Origin: Phoronis australis
Taxonomy: Eukaryota > Animalia > Phoronida
Length of the DNA: 64,000 bases
Reading direction: 5' to 3'
NCBI GenBank assembly: GCA_002633005.1
Contig: NMRA01000280.1
Span: 264,080 to 328,079 of the forward strand
The translations under genes were made by a program, and so were the position numbers. The notes beneath the pieces were generated by a model. It did not search any database. It was not told the origin of the DNA and saw only the letters and a program-made list of their open reading frames with translations. Numbering within the stretch: position 1 is the first letter of the stretch; the number at the start of each line of letters is the position of its first letter. Below are positions 56,833 to 64,000 of the stretch, in pieces.

Positions 56833-59800
56833 TTAAGACCTGATGTTCCATTCTATCTTGTTATCTTGACCCAGTTTGACTTGGCCAGATGCCAGCAGCT
56901 CCATGGCCTTTGGATATGCCCTGTGTTCCGCTGTCTTCACCCGTTCCTGAAGCGTTTCCACGGTGTCGCCAGGCAGCACAGGTACACTCTCTTGCACTAT
57001 GATGGCACCAGCATCAACCTCTTCCTGTCACAAAAGAAACAAACTTTACATTCGCCATACATGGAGGTGACAGCTACAGACTACACAACAGTAGTAAACC
57101 ACTATCATTAATGCATACAGAAGCAGCTGACTACTGGAATGTAAATTGTCAGCACGACAGATCTACACGCCAAAAAATAATCAGACAAGATAGCAGTTCT
57201 CGTCAGGGCGACTACTTGAACATATAGTGAAAATGACTCGTCATGAGTCACCGCTGCGAAATCCCGAAGAAAAAAACTACATTTCTCTCTTGTTCATAGA
57301 TCAATTACTTGTTATTTTGCATGATTAATCTTGACGTGTACTGTGGAAAGCTGCACCACTACCCACCAAATGCCAAAGTGTAAGGTCAAAGGTTATCTTA
57401 TGTTTTTGTAACATGATGCGACAGGAGAGGTCAAATGTTCTGGTTTGTAAGTTTCGGGAACTGACGAATCTGGCTGCATGCTCAAGCCTCTTACTGAAAA
57501 CTTCTGTATTGGTTTGAATAATTCCCTGTGCGAACATTACTACAGTGTAAGACAAAAGTATTCAGACAATATACCGTTTCCCCGTCAAGACAGTAAATTC
57601 GTTTAACAGCAAAAATGCCTGGAAATACTTTAGTGCTGCAAAAATTCTAATTACAGAATGACTTAACCACCTCAACACTAACTTTCCCATTAATTCCTCT
57701 TCATTTTCTGTCATGAGAGAAAACTACTCTGACTATGAATCTAGCTTTCGCTCAGCTGTCATGACAGGGAACTCCGGTCATTTTGTCTTAATGCTTTAGG
57801 CTTGTACAATACATGCATATGAGTGAGCATAGATGCTTGAATACCAAGAACCTACATTGGTCTCGCTCAATGCGGGTGAAATACATAAATCTTAAGCACA
57901 AGAAATGATGCTTACAGCCACAAAATGTACAGTACACCCAGAGAGGCGCACGCCTGCTTCTAGCACCAACTTGTGTGCATGCATTCCCTTGAACGATGGT
58001 AGCAGAGATGGATGAATGTTCAGCAAGCGGCCGTTCCAGTGGCGAACAAACTCTCCTGGGAAGAAGATGTTCAAGATCATCATTTTTCTTCCTGACCAAA
58101 AAGCTGACAGTTACACTCTTCAGGGCTTGGAATGACCAATGACAAAAAACGCGGAAACTTTTACGGCCCAAATCATGCCCGAAATGGTCAATGTGAATCT
58201 TTCCGCGACAAAAATCGGGAGGACTAAAAAAAAAAAAAAACGTTACCACCATCAGTAGCATGCGTCTGCGTCCTTTTCGCTCGCCCGTCCACTCCCAACC
58301 CACACAAATTTGCCTGCAGGGCGGTAGTATTTGTCGCCGCGCTTAACAATAACACGAGCCGCCATTGAAAATCACACCACGCTTTACCCAGATGCCCCGG
58401 CAATGTTGACAATTTACGTTCCTCCGAAACATAAAGACTTCCGCTTTCCGAGGTGAACGTCGTCTGCAACGCCGCGGTAAGAAAGGAATTTGCCGCGGAA
58501 ATTTCATATCAAATCCGATTTTTTTACGCGGAAATATTATAAAAAAAGCGGAAAGCACATTTCAAAAAAGCGGAAATCCGCGTTTCCACGGAAAATTCCA
58601 AGCCCTGACTCTTGTACTAACCTTATTCAGGTAAAGATACACCTTTGTAAATAAAAAATTGAACATTCAAAACCATGGGAAACTGCCTTAAGATAGGAGC
58701 ATCATTCAACATAAATGTTGCCCATGACTATTTAAGAATTTCATGCCGTATCAGCGCTTCTGGTGTTGTTTAGGGGTAGGCGCATAATTTGAAATCCCTG
58801 GAAGTTCTCTGGATTCATAACGGTCCTAATAAACTGCAATAAATCAACAATGTTGTCTGTTGTGAAACTAATCAGTCTCACAGCACCTGCACTGAAATGC
58901 CATTTTTGTTACCTGATACAATTCTCATGAAACCAGCAAGACAGACAACCTCTACCCCAGCGGCTTCTAATGCTTGTGTGACGGCATTGTCAAAGTCGAC
59001 TCTGGTCTTGAACTTCTTGTGTTTAATCACCTGCAAATGAATCCATCTGTCGGTAAAATAATGAATAACAGTAACTACAGAAAAATTAAAGCACTACACC
59101 ATAGATTAACCACAATAACGTTAAAATTATGCAGAAATGCACAGTTAGCCTAAACTAGTCAAGTAAACTGCACGACTGAAAACCCTTTGAGATCAAAATG
59201 GCAAATAGTAGGTGCTGTAGTAATCGAATTCGCATAAAAATTAAGAGGTAATGGCATATTGACATCACATGCCTCTGTGTCAAGTTTCATTACAATATAT
59301 CCATCGGTTCAAAAGACATCATCCAGAAACGTTCTTTCCAAAAGAGCCACTATGAGGTGCTGCAGTGCTCAAATCCATCCGAAAATCAAACGGTGCCGGC
59401 ACATTGACATCGTATACCTCTATGTCAAGTTTGATCGAAATCCAGCAGTTGGCTCTCTTGATATCATGCGAAAACGCTCTTTCCCCAAACAACACAAGAA
59501 CTAAATGGCCATTAAGGGGTGTTCAGTGGTCAAATCCACCTGGAAACTTAATGATGCCACGGCATTGCCCAAACATTCCTCTCTGTCAACTTTAATTGGA
59601 ATCGTTTCCATAATTCGCTACATATCATCCAGAAATGCTCTTCCCAAAACAGCACTTCAAAAGCCCATGTTGAAAATAAAATGGCCATAAGGAGGTGCTA
59701 CAGTGGTCAAATCTGCCTGAAAATTTAATAATGCTGCCACATTGTCATCACAAACCCGTGTCAACTTACATTGAAAGCCTTCTCTCAACTAGTTCACTAC

Positions 59801-62800
59801 ATATCATTCGGAAACCCTCTCACACAGAATGTCCACTAGGAGGCAGTGCAGTATTCAAATCCGCTTGAAAATCAAATGGTGCCAGCGCAATCTCATAATA
59901 TCCCTCTGTCAAGTTCCAATGAAATCTGTCAATTCGTTCTTTAAATATCATCCGGAACAATCTCCCCCTCCAAACAAAATGGCAACTAGGAAGTGCTCCG
60001 GTGGTCGAATCCACCCGCAAATTTAACTGTGCCAATACATTGACATCACACATCTTTGTGTAAAGTTTCATTGAAATCCGTCAATCCATTCTCTAGATAT
60101 CATCTGGAAACATTCTTCCCTCAAAAATACAGAAAAACACTCCCTGAGCCCAGGGTCGGGGCTGATTGAAAAGTGGCATTCCTTTGTTCTAGTGATGCAT
60201 TACACCCTTGTGTCGAATTTCAGTAAAATAAGACAAGGGGTTTTTGAGATATCGACCGGAAACACAGACAAAGTGACAACGTGTGAGAGGTCATATGTTG
60301 CATAAAAAGGGGGTCGTATCTCAGTTCTGCATTCACTTCCAGTAAGGAAACATAATATAATACCCTTTATTGAACACAGTCCCTCATTCATAATCGCTCA
60401 GTGGAAGTGAATGTAAAATAAACAAGCTAAGACTGGTTTTTGAATGGTAGCTGGCTGGCATCAAAATATTTTTGACCGACGGTGGTTTCATAACACCTTT
60501 AAATGACTAGACAACAATAAATTAGGTAAATCTGCATCTGCGCCATCTGACCTGTGTTGGAATGTTGGCCTTCTCAGCTCTCTCTAGACCTTTGACCCCT
60601 GGCACATTTGAAATGACCAGTGCAATCTCAGCACAGCTTTTGACTCGTGCGTCCAAGGTATGGTCGATCAAGGCTTGTAAATTGGTACCTGTCGACAACA
60701 CAATGTACTATTCTAGACAGTGATGACCACAAGGTACTCAGACTGAATTACAAAACTGATCTATAAAATGTCAAAAATGTACAAAAGTGTACATAGATCC
60801 GTCGTGGAGGTTGCTGGTCATCAATTGTTATAATACCATAATATACCATGATAGTTGAGATTGATGTTTATATTCAATCATATACAATTTTTCTACAATC
60901 TCCAACAACTGCTGTAAACAAAAAGTGAATAGTTAAACGAACACAAACAATGAAACAAAGCACCTGAACCAGAAATGAGCACTCCAACTTTTTTCTTGGA
61001 CACATTTCCATTCAACAGTGTCCCCTCCTCTGTATACGATGCAGACAATGCCTCGGATAAGTGATCCACAGTGACACCTGGTGTGTTGACAACCTCTCCA
61101 ATCACATGGCCTTCCTCGCCATGACTACACAGTAGTTGTAGGACAGCTTCAACCACACCCTTGGACACGACGAGAACAGCACCTATACCACAGTTGAATG
61201 TCTTGGCCATCTCACTGGTGTCAATATTTCCCTGTGAGTACATAAAAGCAAAAATATTTTTACACTTCTGCTGTTGCGATCATGATTACTAATGATCACC
61301 GAAGGATATTTAGATACTCATATAAACCTCTCTCACTAATAGCATGTCTTAGAAATATAGGAAGTTAATAAATACAATGCATATTTGAACCAAGATCTAA
61401 AATAAACAAAGAAATCAATTCAGATATTATATTTACATATAAAACTGCATTTTGGCCCATTAAGCTACTAACAAATAAATGAAAAATTAAAATCAAATGA
61501 GGCCCTTTACTCCCATAAAATCGAACTCATAACATTCTTTGTTGTAATATGATTCTATTTCCCGTACAAACTCAAGTCGCAGGAATGCCCAATTCCAGGC
61601 TTGGCCAATCCCAATTAACATTTTCTTGAGTATGATGGTTGCCACGTTCCAGTAGATAAGGGAAGTAAAGTCCTGCCACACTAAAGAATATTAGGAGACC
61701 AACAATTAGAGTAAAAGACCAAATACACTTTTTTTGGCCAGCGAAACAGGGTGAAAAACAACATTACACATTCAAACCAGAACGTTAGCCTACCTTGGAA
61801 GCCAACCAGCCAAATATGGCAGGCACTCTCCAGCTCTTGGCGTTGAGTTGTACACCGTGGCCAGCAGGTAGAATGCGCGGAATGTTCTCAACAAGGCCTC
61901 CGCCCGTGATATGAGCAAACGCCTTCACATAGCCTGTCCTCATGCACGGCAGGACGGACTGTACGTAGATCTTAGTCGGAGTGAGCAACACTTCACCTGA
62001 AGCATAACAAGTCAAAAGAATAAGGAATTTTCAAAATGTTACGTTTACTTGTCAGCACACGAAACTAACAACTCTGTCTGCCATTTTGCAACAACAACTT
62101 ACCTTCTGAGCACAACGCCCGAGATATGCTCCTACAAAACACACTTTTCATGAAGACAAAAGCACGCCCCCATATCCCCTATGTCTACATCATCGACAGG
62201 TGCCAGAAATAGACTTTGGATCAATGCAGTCACTCCACAGTGACTAGTAATTTAAGTCTTGTCACGGCAAAAATAGTATTCAGTGCTTTTTGACAGGTGT
62301 CAGAAATAGACTTTGGATCAACGCAGTCACTCCACAGTGACTAGTAATTTAAGTCTTGTCATGGCAAAAATAGTATTCCGTGCTAAGATCCAATACGTCA
62401 TTTTCTAAGCTGCTAATACAATATTGATGTGCCTTTCATACTTCTGTAGAGAATTGTTTGCAACTGATCAAATCTTCAAATAAAAAGAGTGTCACTCTAT
62501 TTAATGACCAACTTGAAACTTGTTACGAGTCCATAAAACTGAAAGCTTACATCATTCTAGAGAAGTAACAAAAAGTTCAATGAAACCCATGTTACTTTGA
62601 TTAATAACTAGCATTTAAAACACATATTCGCAGGACTTGAGGCTTTCCAAAGTGTCTAAAACCTTACCCCAAGATTTCTGGTCAAATGGAGATTCCATTG
62701 AGTAGGCAATGTGACAGAGTTCCAACACCTTACGCACAAGACTGAAGCCATTACTGTGGATACCACTAGATGGCAGGCCAATGACCACATCTCCCACGCT

Positions 62801-62913
62801 AATGTCCGACACAACAGGCAGCAGAGAGGCTCGCTCTACAGCACCCACGACAAACCCTGCAAGATCGTATTCCCCTGCAGCATACATACCGGGCATCTCG
62901 GCTGTTTCACCGC
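56833..62913 (-). CDS. GART: Trifunctional purine biosynthetic protein GARS-AIRS-GART, 3' part (end of AIRS/PurM plus GART/PurN domain); 5' exons beyond right edge
   Basis: Exons 62668-62913 ([35 protein letters not shown]), 61794-61996 ([28 protein letters not shown]), 60964-61231 ([24 protein letters not shown]), 60552-60688 (TNLQALID), 58913-59030 ([12 protein letters not shown]), 57916-58055 ([23 protein letters not shown]), 56833-57024 ([23 protein letters not shown]). Phases are consistent. Confidence 0.96.
58121..58607. mobile_element. hAT-like MITE with 6-bp target-site duplication, in a GART intron
   Basis: TIR CAGGGCTTGGAAT...ATTCCAAGCCCTG; ACTCTT on both flanks; CpG-rich interior with GCGGAAA subterminal motifs. 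Confidence 0.85.
59150..60125. repeat. Degenerate tandem array (about 145-175 bp period) of a dispersed repeat family
   Basis: Recurring GTGGTCAAATCC..CATTGACATCAC..TGTCAAGTTTCAT..AATC..ATATCATCCRGAAA. Related subunits (GCCACTAGGGG, AAATTTCAT..AATCC) occur at about 2050-2780, 22870-23950 (inverted) and 32960-33130. Confidence 0.65.
62195..62384. repeat. 97-bp tandem duplication in a GART intron
   Basis: GACAGGTGYCAGAAATAGACTTTGGATCAA...AATAGTATTCMGTGCT at 62195 and 62292. Confidence 0.9.
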
Positions 62914-64000
62914 CTGCAAGAAATATTCCATATGCTGTTACGAAGAGGGTTCTTTCTGACACGACCTTGAACTTCAGGTAATTGCATGACTGAAAGGAAT
63001 TATACCACTAGCAATCACTTTAAACATGTTTCGAGGTTTTATCCAAAGAGTCAAAGCCAACAGTTGATCTGTGACGTGGTCATTGTTGAGTCACGTGACT
63101 GACCTGTTTTTGCATGTAATTCCCTGTGTGCCATTTTTGAATTTCAGGCTTGGCTAACCCCAATAACATCGATTTTCCGATGCGTTTCTTGACCTGCTGA
63201 GTCTGTATAATCTTCCAGGTGCCAGAAAACATGGCAAGGACATATTTGGTCCAATCTACCACGAGTAAAATGCCAAATTCATTTTTCGTTTTTAGCCAGC
63301 TAAACAGAATGCAGCCTTATCTATAGTGGTTTGTCATATAGAGAGCACACAAGCTTTTGCAAACAGTGTGAACAAAGCAAATCTTCAAAAAATAAAACTA
63401 AGTTAAAGTATCTCATTCAAAAAAATTTGGAAACAGGCACACACCAACCACATCTTAGCAATGTCACAAAATGAAATCTAGCCTTGAATAATACACTACT
63501 TCTGCAAGATGCCCATCATTAATAGCCAACTGTAGTAAGGGTAATCATAAATGTGGTTGGTAGAGCTCATACCCTGGCAACAAGTCCATGTTATGCTATT
63601 GGCTCATTTAAACAGCATATGGAAATGACAACCACCTGCTGCTTCAGGCCCATTTTCTCAGTAGAAGCAGCCATTTTGCGCATGTGCATTTCTGTACAGT
63701 TGCTGGTGGATATATGATCAAGCAGGTGAAATATGCGTAGTTAATGAAGATTTCTATCGAAAAAAGATTACCAAAGTAAGCCTCAATGACTTCATTTGAT
63801 AAATTTTAAGTATTTTTCCGTTGACAAATTGTTTTGCTTTAGGTTAAAGAAAGCCACCTTCATGTATCATGTTGTACAGTGTAGTAAAGAGGTGGATTTT
63901 TTCACAAATACTACATCTCACGCACATTTGAACAAGTTCACGTGAGTGCCACCAAGTTTTTATCAAACCAATAACATAATTAACACTAGAAAGTGCTTAC

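Noticed and set aside
57788-58303. 171-aa ORF, the longest in the track
   Set aside because: It runs from a MITE across a GART exon in the wrong frame; the true exon is 57916-58055.
62914-64000. Further GART exon in the last kilobase
   Set aside because: No match to the expected upstream AIRS sequence (PLFFLDY..GC..AGCAL) was found; treated as intron.

Overview
Eukaryotic, intron-rich, AT-rich animal genomic DNA, probably a marine invertebrate bilaterian (taxon is inference). Five spliced protein-coding genes were reconstructed by hand from splice sites and reading phase. (1) MAP3K7/TAK1, minus strand, running off the left edge. (2) PAXBP1/GCFC-family gene, plus strand, 19 exons, about 828 aa, head-to-head with MAP3K7. 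(3) A 4-exon, about 191-aa secreted, Cys-rich, probably GPI-anchored folate-receptor/Juno-fold gene, minus strand. (4) ALG3, plus strand, 9 exons, about 418 aa, head-to-head with gene 3 and containing an AT-AC minor-spliceosome intron. (5) The 3' half of trifunctional GART, minus strand, tail-to-tail with ALG3. Introns hold decayed hAT and mariner transposons, several MITE families, tRNA-like SINE heads, minisatellites and a 512-bp duplication at an assembly N. Most interesting: the ALG3 U12 intron has in-frame alternative GT-AG ends and an internal array of U2 donor motifs; the orphan folate-receptor-like gene; the MAP3K7-PAXBP1-GART linkage; hAT-like elements with 5-6 bp TSDs; and a speculative chain of TAK1 microexons. 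Most ORFs in the supplied track are spurious or exon fragments. There is no prokaryotic-type system or CRISPR array.
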